The translations under genes and the position numbers were made by a program. Positions 31,874 to 42,711 of a stretch of 64,000 bases of DNA are shown here, piece by piece (the first letter of the stretch is position 1; each line of letters starts with the position of its first letter). The notes beneath the pieces were generated by a model. It saw only the letters and a list, made by a program, of their open reading frames with translations. It was not told the origin of the DNA and ran no database searches. The DNA is from an uncultured delta proteobacterium (GTDB lineage: Bacteria; Desulfobacterota; Desulfomonilia; Desulfomonilales; Desulfomonilaceae): the NCBI GenBank assembly GCA_963789265.1, contig CAWBKB010000001.1, positions 1,664,001 to 1,728,000 on the forward strand. The letters are read 5' to 3'.

Positions 31874-32042
31874 AGGAGAAGAATATTCGATTTTCAACCT
31901 CCGGACAACCTCCAGTCCATAAGCAGGCTGCTCCGCGCCCACCACTCGCTTGCCACTCCGGTCTAGGGCGTGGGATAATCACACCTACGCCCGAGCGCCG
32001 AGATGCGGCACAATTTCAGACCGTCCCCATTTTCGAGAAGCG

Positions 32043-32258
32043 ATGCGATATTTTCTAACTTTTTTGTTACTTCTGGCTGTATGGCTGATGCTCGACGCCT
32101 TCCTTCTAAAAGATCGGAGGGCGGAAGGGCTCAATACTCTCACGGAAAAGATAAAAGACTTCGGCCGCCGCCTTCACTGGTCCGTCGGCGTTCTCGCGGT
32201 GCTCCTCATTTTGATTTATGTGTTGAGGTTCCTCCTGCGGCTCCTCGGGTTCCTCTGA
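32043..32258 (+). CDS. Small two-TM membrane protein
   Basis: Two hydrophobic helices; start at ATG 32043. Confidence 0.6.
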   Translation: MRYFLTFLLLLAVWLMLDAFLLKDRRAEGLNTLTEKIKDFGRRLHWSVGVLAVLLILIYVLRFLLRLLGFL

Positions 32259-32344
32259 GTTGCACTTCGTTATCTCTTGGTTCAGGAACGGACCAGCCGC
32301 AGTTTCATCGAGAACAGGCCGGTGACTGCCCAGGAACAAGGCAT

Positions 32345-32773
32345 TTATTCAAACGACCCTGTAAGAATCTTAGTCAACTCCACCGTATCGAGCCAATCGT
32401 CAACGTCATTGTGGCAACGGGGGCATCTCTTGAAGGAGTTGGCGGAGGAAAAACCGCAGTATGGGCAGGTGCGCGCAGTGTCCGGCTTGTTAAGAAGCCC
32501 GATCTGTTTGCCGGCTCTCTTGTCGAAGTACGCGCGTGTAGCAAGCTTGGCCTCGATGAGCTTCCCGAAGAGATCTTGCAAGCCCTGAAAGGAAATCTCA
32601 TACTTTTCCATAAGTTGGGTATCCGACATCTCCGCCTTGAGGTCGATCATAATAGCCTTTGCGCTTATCTTTTTCGTGGTTTTCTTGTCAGACACCTTTT
32701 TCTCACTCGGAGCTTTTCGACACTTCACCCCCCTTCCACTGCCGGGACAATTGTCCTCCGCGATATGCGTCAA
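32345..32773 (-). CDS. Hypothetical protein: small helical domain plus CPYC/CPRC zinc ribbon (true start possibly GTG 32695)
   Basis: ISAK....D....MSD..LMEKY.IS..GL..LF.KL segment followed by two CxxC. Confidence 0.7.
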   Translation of the reverse strand: MTHIAEDNCPGSGRGVKCRKAPSEKKVSDKKTTKKISAKAIMIDLKAEMSDTQLMEKYEISFQGLQDLFGKLIEAKLATRAYFDKRAGKQIGLLNKPDTARTCPYCGFSSANSFKRCPRCHNDVDDWLDTVELTKILTGSFE

Positions 32774-32871
32774 GAACCGCGCTTAAAAGCTTGTTGACCG
32801 CCAATTACGCGGTCTCAGACTTTGGAATCCGGCACATGACTCGGCCCCCGCCTTCTGCGCCGGGGCAGATG

Positions 32872-34101
32872 CTAAACCATCTCCAGCGCGCAGGCCATGG
32901 AGACCCCACCGCCCCCGCACAGTGTCGCCAGTCCCATGCTCTTTTGCCGCTTCTTCATCGCATAGATAAGGCTGACTATGAGTCTGGCGCCGGTGCATCC
33001 CACAGGATGTCCCAACCCTATACCGGAGCCATTAACATTTGTGACGTCGCGGTTGAGATTCAGCTCCCTCTCACAACCGATGTACTGGGCCGCGAATGCT
33101 TCATTTACTTCAATGAGGTCAAAATCATTGAGGTCCATACCGGACCGGCTCAGGAGATTACGAACCGCAGGAACCGGACTCAGCCCCATGAGGGTGGGGT
33201 CACATCCACCCAGTCCCACTGCCTTGATGCGGGCCATTGGCAAGAAGCCTCCGGCCTTGGCGCGTTCCTCGGACATGATGATCAGACCGGCCGCTCCGTC
33301 GTTAATCCCGCTGGAGTTTCCGGCCGTAACTGTGCCTGTCTTGGGGATGAAAGCGGGGGCAAGTTTGGACAGGGCTTCCATGGTGAGACCGGGCCTGTAA
33401 TGCTCGTCCTTGTCAAAGATCTTTGAGTCACTCTTCTTTTGGGGAACGCTGATGGGGACTATCTCTTCGGCAAAAGATCCGTCGTTCGTAGCCCGTTCGA
33501 CATTGTTGTGGCTGCGAAGGGCCACTTCATCCTGTTCTTGGCGTGTTATACCACATTTGAGCGCAACGAACTCTGCTGTGTGCCCCATTATGTACGGCTT
33601 ACCTCTGAAGAATTCTACCGGACCGTTCTGAGGGTAGGGCAAGATGTGGGACCCGCAATGCAATCCCATGGTCATGGCATCCGTAACCGTGTCATTACCC
33701 ATTCGGACGCCCCAGCGAGCCCTCTCAAGGGTGTAAGGAACGCCGGACATGTGTTCCACGCCCCCTGCTAAAATGACCTCGGCCACCCCGGCCTTGATCA
33801 TTGCGGCACCGGATAGAACCGCTTCCATTCCGGATATACAGACGCGGTTGATTGTCACGGCAGGCACACTATCCGGGATTCCGGCCATAAGCGCGCCGAT
33901 GCGAGTAACGTTCATTGCGTCAGTTGGATTCAAGCAGCATCCAAAGCGAACATCGTCTATCATCGCGGGGGAGATACCCGCTCGCTCAATAGCGGCCTTT
34001 ATCGGCACGCTGGAAATGGTTGCCGCGTGCATGTCCCGTAATGATCCCCCGAACGAACCAATTGCTGTGCGGCAAGCTGAAACGATCACTGCTTCGGTCA
34101 T
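32872..34101 (-). CDS. Acetyl-CoA C-acyltransferase (thiolase)
   Basis: NRVCISG, NEAF, GHPVG, CGGGG motifs. Confidence 0.95.
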   Translation of the reverse strand: MTEAVIVSACRTAIGSFGGSLRDMHAATISSVPIKAAIERAGISPAMIDDVRFGCCLNPTDAMNVTRIGALMAGIPDSVPAVTINRVCISGMEAVLSGAAMIKAGVAEVILAGGVEHMSGVPYTLERARWGVRMGNDTVTDAMTMGLHCGSHILPYPQNGPVEFFRGKPYIMGHTAEFVALKCGITRQEQDEVALRSHNNVERATNDGSFAEEIVPISVPQKKSDSKIFDKDEHYRPGLTMEALSKLAPAFIPKTGTVTAGNSSGINDGAAGLIIMSEERAKAGGFLPMARIKAVGLGGCDPTLMGLSPVPAVRNLLSRSGMDLNDFDLIEVNEAFAAQYIGCERELNLNRDVTNVNGSGIGLGHPVGCTGARLIVSLIYAMKKRQKSMGLATLCGGGGVSMACALEMV

Positions 34102-34278
34102 ACAGGCACTCCTTCCGATACTACGCGCATTATTTCGGTTTCAAGGGGAAAGATGGCGATTATAATCCGACCGTTTTCCCACGGGCGGAAGGGATTCGGC
34201 GAAGCAATACATGATAGTTTACCGGGAGGAACGGATCCTGCAACGGATCCACTCATCCCGGTTTTCATGATAGGAACG

Positions 34279-34806
34279 TCACTTGATGATGGCCGCTTCA
34301 TCCACTGTCAGCTTCTTTTCGAACTCGTTCCAGAATTCCTGCTGCGATTTTCGCCAATCCGAACCGAATTTCTTGTTGAACAGTGTGCCCACTTGGTCAA
34401 GGGCCTTCTTCCAAGCGGACTGATAATTGAGGCGCAGCACGTCCTCGAGGAATGGCACGAGGGAACCGAGCTTCTCTTTCGGCAAGTAAGCCCTGGCTCC
34501 AAGTTCGATGGACTTCTTAAGCGCTTCCGGGGTGAAGGCATGCGCGGTGAGCATCACCACTGGAAAATTGGCATTTGTCGCGATTTGCAAGAGATCGAAG
34601 CCTCGAACACCCATAATGTCCAGAATGACCAGGTCGTATGTGTACGAAACCAGGTACTGCTGGGCTTTCTCAAAAGTGGTAGCCCTGTGCAACGTGCAAT
34701 TAGCGGACTCTGAGAGTTCCTCCTCGATTATATCCAGGACGTCCTCTTCGTCATCCACCGCCAAAATCAGCTTGTCTTGCAAGATTTCAGAACTGGACAT
34801 CGGCAA
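34279..34806 (-). CDS. Response regulator (REC domain with short tail)
   Basis: VDDE, LDIM, LTAH, YLPK. Confidence 0.88.
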   Translation of the reverse strand: MPMSSSEILQDKLILAVDDEEDVLDIIEEELSESANCTLHRATTFEKAQQYLVSYTYDLVILDIMGVRGFDLLQIATNANFPVVMLTAHAFTPEALKKSIELGARAYLPKEKLGSLVPFLEDVLRLNYQSAWKKALDQVGTLFNKKFGSDWRKSQQEFWNEFEKKLTVDEAAIIK

Positions 34807-34850
34807 TCCTTTTCTTTTGGGATTTGCTGAATCCCAAATCCCTCGTAATT

Positions 34851-34961
34851 AGTTTCTATGAAAGAGCAAGAATCACCTTTCCTAAACATTGGACGCCTGA
34901 CAGAGATGTAAAGATCCCATTATCAGCCGGCCAGACATGATGCGACCGCTTCATAGAAACT
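34851..34961. repeat. 111-bp element bounded by a perfect 12-bp inverted repeat
   Basis: AGTTTCTATGAA (34851-34862) / TTCATAGAAACT (34950-34961). Confidence 0.55.
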
Positions 34962-35260
34962 CGGATAAACCGCTAGTTACCCCTATTATGCTTAACTCTT
35001 CCGAGGGGTACAAGTCAACAATTTCAGAGACCCAAAACGATATGGATTCTGAAGGTTCTTGTTGACCTTAACAATTCTGGTAGGATACGTTTTAGAAAAA
35101 TGAAGCGCGAACAGCTCGCGTGAGCCTTGCGAGACATGAGCACAGAGCCGGTGAGAAGCAAGGCTCTTCCCCGTATTGTGCTTTGAGTTCCAGTGGGCCG
35201 TCCGCGAATCCGGCCCAAGCCGCGGCGCGCGGTTAATCACGATCAGATGACGAGGTCGCC

Positions 35261-37820
35261 ATGCCTTTGAGAAAATACGTGGTGGTCCCCCCGATGGGGG
35301 GTACTCTCGAGAGCCTGAGAGAGATAGCTCAAAATTTCTGGTTTTCATGGAACCATGAAGCAGTGGAGCTTTTCGATCATCTCGATGAGCAGTTGTGGAG
35401 AGAAACAAATCACAATCCGCTTCAGACCCTGATCCGCTTATCAAGCCACAGACTTCATGAGATACGCGAGGACGAGGGATATCTGGCTCATGCTGAACGA
35501 GTACGGCAGCGGTTTCGTTCGTACATGAAACGGACACGCACGTATGAGTATCGCCTTGAGCGACCCGTGGATTTCGTGACGGCATATTTCTCTTTGGAGT
35601 TCGGCGTGACTGAGTGTCTCCCCATATACTCAGGCGGGCTGGGGCTTTTGGCCGGAGACCATCTGAAATCAGCGAGCGATCTCAACTTACCGCTCGTCGG
35701 TGTCGGTTTGATGTATGGCGAGGGATACTTTCATCAGCAACTCACTAATGCCGGATGGCAACAGGAATATTATCCCCGAACGGAATTGGACGTACTCCCG
35801 CTTGAAAAACAGATGGACCAATCGGGCAACCCACTTCTTGTAGCGGTAGATTTGGCGGGAGAAATGGTCTGGTGCCGAGTCCTAAGGGCGAATGTGGGGC
35901 GAGTTCCTCTTTATCTCTTGGACGCGGACATTCCTGAGAATGCGCCTCGACTTAGGAACACCACGGCACGGCTTTATGGGGGCGACATTGAAATGCGCAT
36001 TCGTCAGGAAATGCTTCTCGGCATAGGCGGATGCCGCGCGTTGCAAGCCTTGAATATAAAACCTGCGGTATACCACCTCAATGAAGGACACGCCGCGTTC
36101 ACACTTGTTGAGAGGATGCGATACCTGGTGGAAAAAGAGGGATTAAATCGCGAAGAGGCAATGGAAATTGTCACCAGCCAGAGCGTCCTGACCATCCACA
36201 CTCCGGTAGCTGCGGGAAACGACGTGTTTGAGCCGCGGTTGATGGAAAAGTATTTCGGAGATTTTGCCAGGCAGGTGGGTATGGACTTCGAAACCTTTCT
36301 CGGCCTTGGCAGGAGGCAGCCCGTGGACAGGTCGGAAGGTTTTTGGATGCCGGTGCTGGGCCTTAGGATGACCTCCAGGACCAATGGGGTCAGCAAGCTT
36401 CATGCAGGGACTACCAAGAACATGTGGCGCCAGGTCTGGCCTAACGCGGACCCGGAAGACGTGCCTATCGCTCCCGTTACCAATGGGGTACACATCCCGT
36501 CATATATTTCTCGTGAAGTGGCAAGGTTATACGATCGGTACCTCGGCCCGGGGTGGACCGAAGACCCCGACAATGAAAAGATATGGCAACGAGCGGAAAA
36601 AATCCCTGACACAGAACTGTGGCGGACGCACGAGCGTTGCCGGACAAGACTGGTGTACGCCGCCAGAAGGCGGCTCCTTGAACAGCTCAAAACAAGGAAC
36701 GTCCCGGGCCGACAGCTAGACGCGGCTGAAAAGGCCCTTGACCCGGAGGCGCTCACTATATGTTTCGCCAGGCGCTTTGCCACATACAAAAGGGCCACTC
36801 TACTTTTCAGGGAACCTGATCGCCTCGCACGAATTCTCGGACATCCGGAGCCCGGCGTACAGTTAATCTTTGCCGGGAAGGCTCATCCCGCGGATAATGA
36901 GGGCAAGGAAATGATCAGGACGATTATAGACCTGTCCAGAGAAGAGCCCTTCCGCAGCAAGATAGTATTCTTGGAAGATTATGACATCAATATTGCGAGA
37001 TATATGGTTCAAGGTGCGGACGTCTGGTTGAACACCCCTCGCCGTCCCATGGAGGCATGCGGGACCTCGGGCATGAAGGCCTCTGCCAACGGAGCACTGA
37101 ACCTGAGCATCCTGGACGGATGGTGGGATGAAGGTTTCCGTGGAGACAGCGGATGGGCCATCGGGTCCGGGGAAGAGTACGAAAATCCCGTTTATCAAGA
37201 TGACATCGAGAGCAGGTTGCTATACGACCTACTGGAAGAGAGCGTCAAACCGCTTTTCTACGAGAGAGGCGTGGACGAGCTGCCAAGAGAGTGGATCAGG
37301 ATGATGAAGCGGTCGATTCAGACCATTTGTCCGGTTTTCAATTCTCACCGGATGGTATCTCAATACATTGAGTCCGCGTACGTACCGGCTGCCACTTCAT
37401 CTTCACACTTGCAAGCCGACAACTATGCTCTTCTTAGAGAAATGGTGGCCTGGAAAAGAAGAATCAGCCGCGATTGGGACAAGATAGCCGTTAAGAATGT
37501 GCAAGTGCTCGACGCCGGCGAAGCCCTCAAGGGAAAGACTGTGGCAGTGGAAGTGACAGTAGATACAGTGGGCCACGGTCATGAGGAATTGAAGGTTGAG
37601 TTGCTCCACGGTCCGATAGATCTATGGGAGAACTTCAAAGTCCGCCATATAATGCGGCTCAACGCCAGCGCTAACCAACCTCGGTACGAACGGGGACGTC
37701 CTCTTCACGGGTTCAATTCCCCTAAGCCATACAGGCCTTTATGGTTATGTGGTCCGGATTACTCCGGCCCATCCGGACCTCCCTTTTTCTCAGAGCTTCG
37801 ATCTTGTCCTTAGAGGTTAA
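35261..37820 (+). CDS. glgP: Alpha-glucan (glycogen) phosphorylase, frameshift at ~37683
   Basis: YSGGLG, NEGH, RRFATYKR, EACGTSGMK; the family tail FTGSIP...GLYGYVVRITPAHPDL lies in a shifted frame ending at TAA 37820. Confidence 0.93.
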
Positions 37821-37934
37821 AAGAGCATGGGCGATAAAGCAGAGGGGAATTGTGGAATAGTTCACCTAAGAGAACGTTAAAAATTTTGTTTTGCCGCGCG
37901 GTTGCCCGTTGAAGTACCCAAGTCTTGGTCGGCG

Positions 37935-38090
37935 ACAGTGACGGCAGTTCCAACCCGGATTCCCGATGACGCGGGAATTAGAACGATTTCTGTGGGGCGG
38001 ACTTTCCAGTCCGGCATTACGCGTATTCCCACGGATGCCGGAATTACTACATGTAGGCGCGGGTTCGAAACCCGCTCCCGCGCCAACTCT
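37935..38090. repeat. REP-like palindrome cluster
   Basis: ATTCCCGATGACGCGGGAAT, GTGGGGCGGACTTTCCAGTCCG, GTAGGCGCGGGTTCGAAACCCGC. Confidence 0.6.
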
Positions 38091-38151
38091 GCAAATCAGT
38101 GTGCATCGGATCAACAAAAGTACATCATTGAGGGCAACTAATCTAACAGGC

Positions 38152-38535
38152 TCAGCGAGACACTTTTCTCACCGGCGGGTCCGGCGGCAACATCGGTCCG
38201 TTTGCTGGGTATATCAGCCCGATGGGCAACTGGCACATTCCAGGGTCCGGGCAAGGAACTTGGGGACCGAGGTAATAACCATTTACGTCCCAGCCCCATA
38301 AGGGATGCGACCAGCAACCGATGTATTCGGGTGACGGTCGAAAACCATGAAGTCCTTTTTGGTTGGCACAAGTCGTATTGTAAACGGTCATGTTCCCGCC
38401 ATACCCGTGGGGGAGCCAAGAAACGTTTGCAGGTGCCTGAGGGAAGGGCTGGTCGGCCCGACAAATATCACTTGGCTCGAAATTCAGGAGTATGATTGCA
38501 GCCAACAAAGCGGTGAGTGTCAGTTCGCGGACCAT
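38152..38535 (-). CDS. Secreted Pro/Cys/aromatic-rich hypothetical protein
   Basis: SD GAGGAGG; signal-peptide-like N-terminus. Confidence 0.6.
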   Translation of the reverse strand: MVRELTLTALLAAIILLNFEPSDICRADQPFPQAPANVSWLPHGYGGNMTVYNTTCANQKGLHGFRPSPEYIGCWSHPLWGWDVNGYYLGPQVPCPDPGMCQLPIGLIYPANGPMLPPDPPVRKVSR

Positions 38536-38743
38536 GGGGCCTCCTCGATTTCCCTGCTGGAGAGATTGCTATAATTTGTCTAATTATACCGCATTAATAT
38601 GCAGAATGTCAATCTGTCACTTTAGCTTATTTTGATATATGGCCAGAGTGCGCCAAGATCGGAGAAAAACGAGGGTGACAACTCTCTGGGAAAAATTGTA
38701 GAAAGGTGCGATGCAAAGCAGCTTTGCGCCCGAGACAATGCCC

Positions 38744-38877
38744 GTATGCCATTCAGTTACAGCCGGAATTTGCGGATAGCTTCGTGGGGTGGGCTTTCTA
38801 GCCCGCCATTGAACGGGGGGATCCCCGGCAGGCTGTCCCGCGCCTCGTGGGACTGCCCCACAAGGCTGAATGGATGT
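38744..38877. mobile_element. MITE-like element, family A copy 2
   Basis: Near-identical to 4436-4568; CCATTCAG/CTGAATGG ends. Confidence 0.75.
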
Positions 38878-38896
38878 CAATGCCCCAAGATTCCCG

Positions 38897-38926
38897 TTGA
38901 CAAGAACAATCATTCCCCTGTATGTT
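38897..38926 (+). promoter_or_regulatory. sigma70-like promoter of the coo operon
   Basis: TTGACA-N18-TATGTT. Confidence 0.45.
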
Positions 38927-39009
38927 ACTGTCGCGTTGTTAAATCAATATATTCCGGTCACCTAACCCAACTAACCCAAGCAACAACTCAAAAAGCAAAG
39001 GAGTGGGAA

Positions 39010-40905
39010 ATGGAGCGAACCATTGACCAGGCCACCAAGGCGGTTCTGCGCGAAAATGACAAGAACGCGGTTAGCACGGTGTGGGAACGCTTTGAGAAGC
39101 AGGCTCCGCAGTGTGGATTCGGTGAACTCGGAGTGTGCTGCCGGAACTGCATGCAGGGCCCTTGCAGAATTGACCCCTTCGGAGAAGGAGCGAGGCAGGG
39201 CGCTTGTGGAGCTACGGCAGATACAATCGTGGCTCGTAATCTTGCACGTTCTATCGCAGCCGGTGCCGCGGCTCACGCGGGTCACGCGAAGCACCTGGCT
39301 TACACCCTACTCGAATGGTCTCAAGGCCATGCCCCTGATTACCCGGTGAGAGATGAAGCCAAACTCAAAGCAGTAGCGGCAAAACTGGGAATTGAGTGCG
39401 AAGCAAAGAGCACTCAGGAGCTGGCCGGAGCGGTTGCTCGGGCGGCTCTGGCAGATTTCTCGGAAAAGAAAACCCCTGTTGCTTGGGCTGCTGCCAATGT
39501 TACTCAGGGCCGCGTAGAGACCTTTCTGAAATACGGAGTTGTTCCCACAGGAATTGATTCCGTAATTTCCGAGATCATGCATCGTACCCACTACGGGGTT
39601 GACGCGGACCCTCTTAACTTGCTCCTTGGCGGAATAAAATGTTCTCTAGCGGACTTTGCGGGTTGTCACATGGGAACGGACTTGGCCGATGTGCTCTTTG
39701 GAACTCCCAAACCGGTGGTATCCCGTGCAAATCTCGGCGTCCTGAGAGAGGATGCGGTCAACATCGCACTGCATGGGCATAACCCTGTGCTGTCAGATGT
39801 TATCGTCCAGGTAACGAAACAAATGGACGATGAGGCCAAGGCCGCCGGAGCCCCTGGCGGGTTGAACGTGGTGGGGGTCTGCTGCACCGGAAACGAGATT
39901 CTTGCCAGACACGGCATTCCGTCGGCCACTCACTCGGTTTCTCAGGAAGCTGCCATACTCACTGGGGCAATAGACGCGATGGTGGTGGATTATCAGTGCA
40001 TCATGCCGAGCCTGGGACCATTAGCGGAGTGCTACCACACTCGGCTTTTTACTACAATGCCGATCGCCAAAATCCCCGGTGCCCGGCATATCGAGTTTAA
40101 TGAGTCCAATGCCGGGGAAACCGCGCGAGAAATTGTTCGAAATGCAATTGAAGCGTTTAAAGCGCGTCAAACGAAGAAGGTAAACATCCCGCAATATGAA
40201 TCTGTTGCAATTGCCGGATTCTCTACGGAAGCCGTGCTCGACGCGTTGGCCCTGCTGGACAAGGAGGATCCTCTCAAGCCCCTCATCGACAATATCGTTA
40301 ACGGCAATATACAGGGAGTGTGCCTGTTTGCCGGGTGCAATAATGTCCGCGTCACCCAGGACCTGAATTTCATAACCATGGCCAAAGAACTGGCGAAGCA
40401 GAATGTCCTCCTGCTGGCTACAGGATGCGGGGCCGGCGCATTTGCTCGACACGGCCTGATGACTTCTGAGGCGACCAACCAAATCGCGGGTGACGGCCTT
40501 AAGGCGGTGTTAACGGCTGTAGGGCAAGCTGCCGGTTTGGGTGGGCCGCTGCCTCCTGTGCTGCACATGGGATCCTGTGTGGACAACAGTCGTGCCGCAG
40601 ACGTGGCCGTGGCTGTAGCCAACAAATTGGGAGTGGATCTCGACAAGTTGCCGGTCGTCGCGAGCGCCCCGGAAGCTACTACGGAAAAGGCGATATCCAT
40701 CGGAACGTGGGCCGTTGCAGCCGGTTTGCCAACACATCTTGGGGTGGTTCCGCCGGTGCTCGGCAGCGCTGCTGTTGTGAAAGCCTTGACCGAGGACGTC
40801 AAAGGACTCTTCGGCGGGTACTTCATTGTGGAAACCGATCCGATAAGCGCTGCCGCTAAACTGATGGAAGCGATTAAGACCAGAAGGGAGGGTTTGGGGA
40901 TATGA
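39010..40905 (+). CDS. cooS: Anaerobic Ni,Fe carbon monoxide dehydrogenase
   Basis: CGFGELGVCCRNCMQGPC (D/B clusters); HGHNP, CCTG, DYQC, GCNN, TGCG, GSCVDN (C cluster); EKA. Confidence 0.96.
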   Translation: MERTIDQATKAVLRENDKNAVSTVWERFEKQAPQCGFGELGVCCRNCMQGPCRIDPFGEGARQGACGATADTIVARNLARSIAAGAAAHAGHAKHLAYTLLEWSQGHAPDYPVRDEAKLKAVAAKLGIECEAKSTQELAGAVARAALADFSEKKTPVAWAAANVTQGRVETFLKYGVVPTGIDSVISEIMHRTHYGVDADPLNLLLGGIKCSLADFAGCHMGTDLADVLFGTPKPVVSRANLGVLREDAVNIALHGHNPVLSDVIVQVTKQMDDEAKAAGAPGGLNVVGVCCTGNEILARHGIPSATHSVSQEAAILTGAIDAMVVDYQCIMPSLGPLAECYHTRLFTTMPIAKIPGARHIEFNESNAGETAREIVRNAIEAFKARQTKKVNIPQYESVAIAGFSTEAVLDALALLDKEDPLKPLIDNIVNGNIQGVCLFAGCNNVRVTQDLNFITMAKELAKQNVLLLATGCGAGAFARHGLMTSEATNQIAGDGLKAVLTAVGQAAGLGGPLPPVLHMGSCVDNSRAADVAVAVANKLGVDLDKLPVVASAPEATTEKAISIGTWAVAAGLPTHLGVVPPVLGSAAVVKALTEDVKGLFGGYFIVETDPISAAAKLMEAIKTRREGLGI

Positions 40906-41396
40906 AAGAGATCTTTGTCAATCTGGACCGGTGTCTGGGGTGTCGCAGTTGCCAGATCGCCTGTGCGGTAGAGCACTCCACCGGAAAGAGTCTCTTTGCT
41001 GCCGTGGCCGAAACCCCTGGTCCGCGATACCGGCTCTTCGTAGAGAGATCGGAATCTCTGAACATACCTCTCACGTGCAGGCACTGCGACCCGGCGCCAT
41101 GCCTCGATGCTTGTATTTCGGGGGCCATCAAGAGAGACAGTCGGGGAGTGGTGGTCCAGCAGGAAGATCGTTGCGTAGGATGTTGGACGTGCCTCATGAT
41201 GTGCCCTTACGGGGTCGTCACCCAAAAACCGGAACAAAAGGTTGCACTGAAATGCGACCGTTGCCCTGACCGTGAAGCACCCGCATGTGTGAGTGCGTGC
41301 CCCACAAGGGCGTTAGTGTACACTGAACCGGACAATTTCGCAGCGGGAGTGCGCAAGATCGAGGCCGGGGTCGTTGCCGGAGCTGTCAAAGGCTGA
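40902..41396 (+). CDS. cooF: 4x[4Fe-4S] electron-transfer subunit
   Basis: CLGCRSCQIAC, CRHC..APC..AC, CVGCWTC..MCP, KCDRC..PAC..ACP. Confidence 0.92.
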   Translation: MKEIFVNLDRCLGCRSCQIACAVEHSTGKSLFAAVAETPGPRYRLFVERSESLNIPLTCRHCDPAPCLDACISGAIKRDSRGVVVQQEDRCVGCWTCLMMCPYGVVTQKPEQKVALKCDRCPDREAPACVSACPTRALVYTEPDNFAAGVRKIEAGVVAGAVKG

Positions 41397-41430
41397 ACGA
41401 GGACAGCCTCTCTCACGAAAGGGGGCAAAC

Positions 41431-42711
41431 GTGCGCTACGTTATTATTGGAAACTCCGCGGCGGGGCATGCAGCCGCGGCATCGATCCGGAGGTACGATC
41501 CTTCGGGTAAAGTGCTTATTTTGTCGGATGAGCCGTATGCGTCCTACTATAGACCACTTATTCCGTTCTTTATTGACAACCGAGTGGCGTTCTCGGGGCT
41601 CTTCCGGGAACCGGAAACCGTGCCCCAGGGAGTAGAGATCCGGCTCGGCGTACGGGTGGAGAGCATTTCTCCGGAAAAGAAGCTGCTGTTTACGAACGAT
41701 GGTGAGACGTTGCCCTACGACCGGCTGCTAATTGCCACCGGAGGGTCACCCGCTCGCCTTTCGGTCCCTGGAATGGAAGGTCCTGAGGCTTACGTCTTCA
41801 GATCCATGGCCGACGCTGTGGGACTGAGGAAGGCCGCGGGGGAGGGGCGGCGCGCGGTAATCATAGGCGGCGGCAGGGTGGGCACAAAGGCGGCTATGGC
41901 GCTGAGTCGGCGCGGGGTGCAGCTAACCGTGGTCGAGCAAGGCGACCGGATAGTGCCCTTTCAGTTCGACCAAGCTGCTGCCGTCATACTGACCAGGGCC
42001 CTGGAATCTCAGGGGATCCGGGTCCTGTTGAACCAATCGGTTTCTCATCTGGAAAGACGGAAAGATACCCTGGAAGGTGTCGTCCTGAATAACGGCTCAA
42101 CGGTTCAAGCGGATTTCGTGGTGGTTGCCGTGGGCGTACAGCCCAATGCCCAACCTGCACGCAATGCGGGAATCGCTATCGACCTCGGGATCGTCGTGGA
42201 CAAACGTTTGCAGACAAGCGCTTCCGACGTCTATGCGGCTGGAGACGTCGCTCAGACTACGGATCTTGTGACGGGAAAACATGTAGTCCCCGCCTCCTGG
42301 ACCAGTGCAGCGGAGATGGGCCGTGTAGCAGGGCACAACATGACCGGGGGTGACCACCAGTATCTAGGAACTCTGGCGGTCATGAATTCCTTTGTACTTG
42401 CCGGTATGCCAACCGTATCGGTGGGTATGATTCAGCCGACTGATTCTGAGGATTATCACGTGTCTACCGTGACGGAAGGCAACTGCTATCGGAAGTTCGT
42501 GCTAAGGGACGATCGCCTGTTAGGAGCTTTGTTGGTCGGGAACATAGGCGCTGCGGGACTTTGCACCTGGCTAATAAAAAGAGGAGACAAGATAAGCACC
42601 TCGTCTCTGAGAGGATTAATGGCCGGCCGAGCAGATCACGCCGCGTGGTTGATGCGGGCTTCGCCGACTCATGCCGGACGCCATATCATAAAGGGTTCCG
42701 GTCAGGTCTGA
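41431..42711 (+). CDS. FAD/NAD(P)-dependent oxidoreductase (FNOR)
   Basis: IIGNSAAG, LIATG, IGGG.VG, VYAAGD; GTG start at 41431. Confidence 0.9.
   Translation: MRYVIIGNSAAGHAAAASIRRYDPSGKVLILSDEPYASYYRPLIPFFIDNRVAFSGLFREPETVPQGVEIRLGVRVESISPEKKLLFTNDGETLPYDRLLIATGGSPARLSVPGMEGPEAYVFRSMADAVGLRKAAGEGRRAVIIGGGRVGTKAAMALSRRGVQLTVVEQGDRIVPFQFDQAAAVILTRALESQGIRVLLNQSVSHLERRKDTLEGVVLNNGSTVQADFVVVAVGVQPNAQPARNAGIAIDLGIVVDKRLQTSASDVYAAGDVAQTTDLVTGKHVVPASWTSAAEMGRVAGHNMTGGDHQYLGTLAVMNSFVLAGMPTVSVGMIQPTDSEDYHVSTVTEGNCYRKFVLRDDRLLGALLVGNIGAAGLCTWLIKRGDKISTSSLRGLMAGRADHAAWLMRASPTHAGRHIIKGSGQV

Noticed and set aside
38632..39009. 126-aa N-terminal extension of CooS in the ORF track
   Set aside because: It runs through a MITE and the putative promoter; CooS similarity starts at ATG 39010
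40167..41237. 356-aa antisense ORF, and similar long antisense ORFs at 6115, 28709 and 32659
   Set aside because: Shadow frames of well-supported genes on the opposite strand
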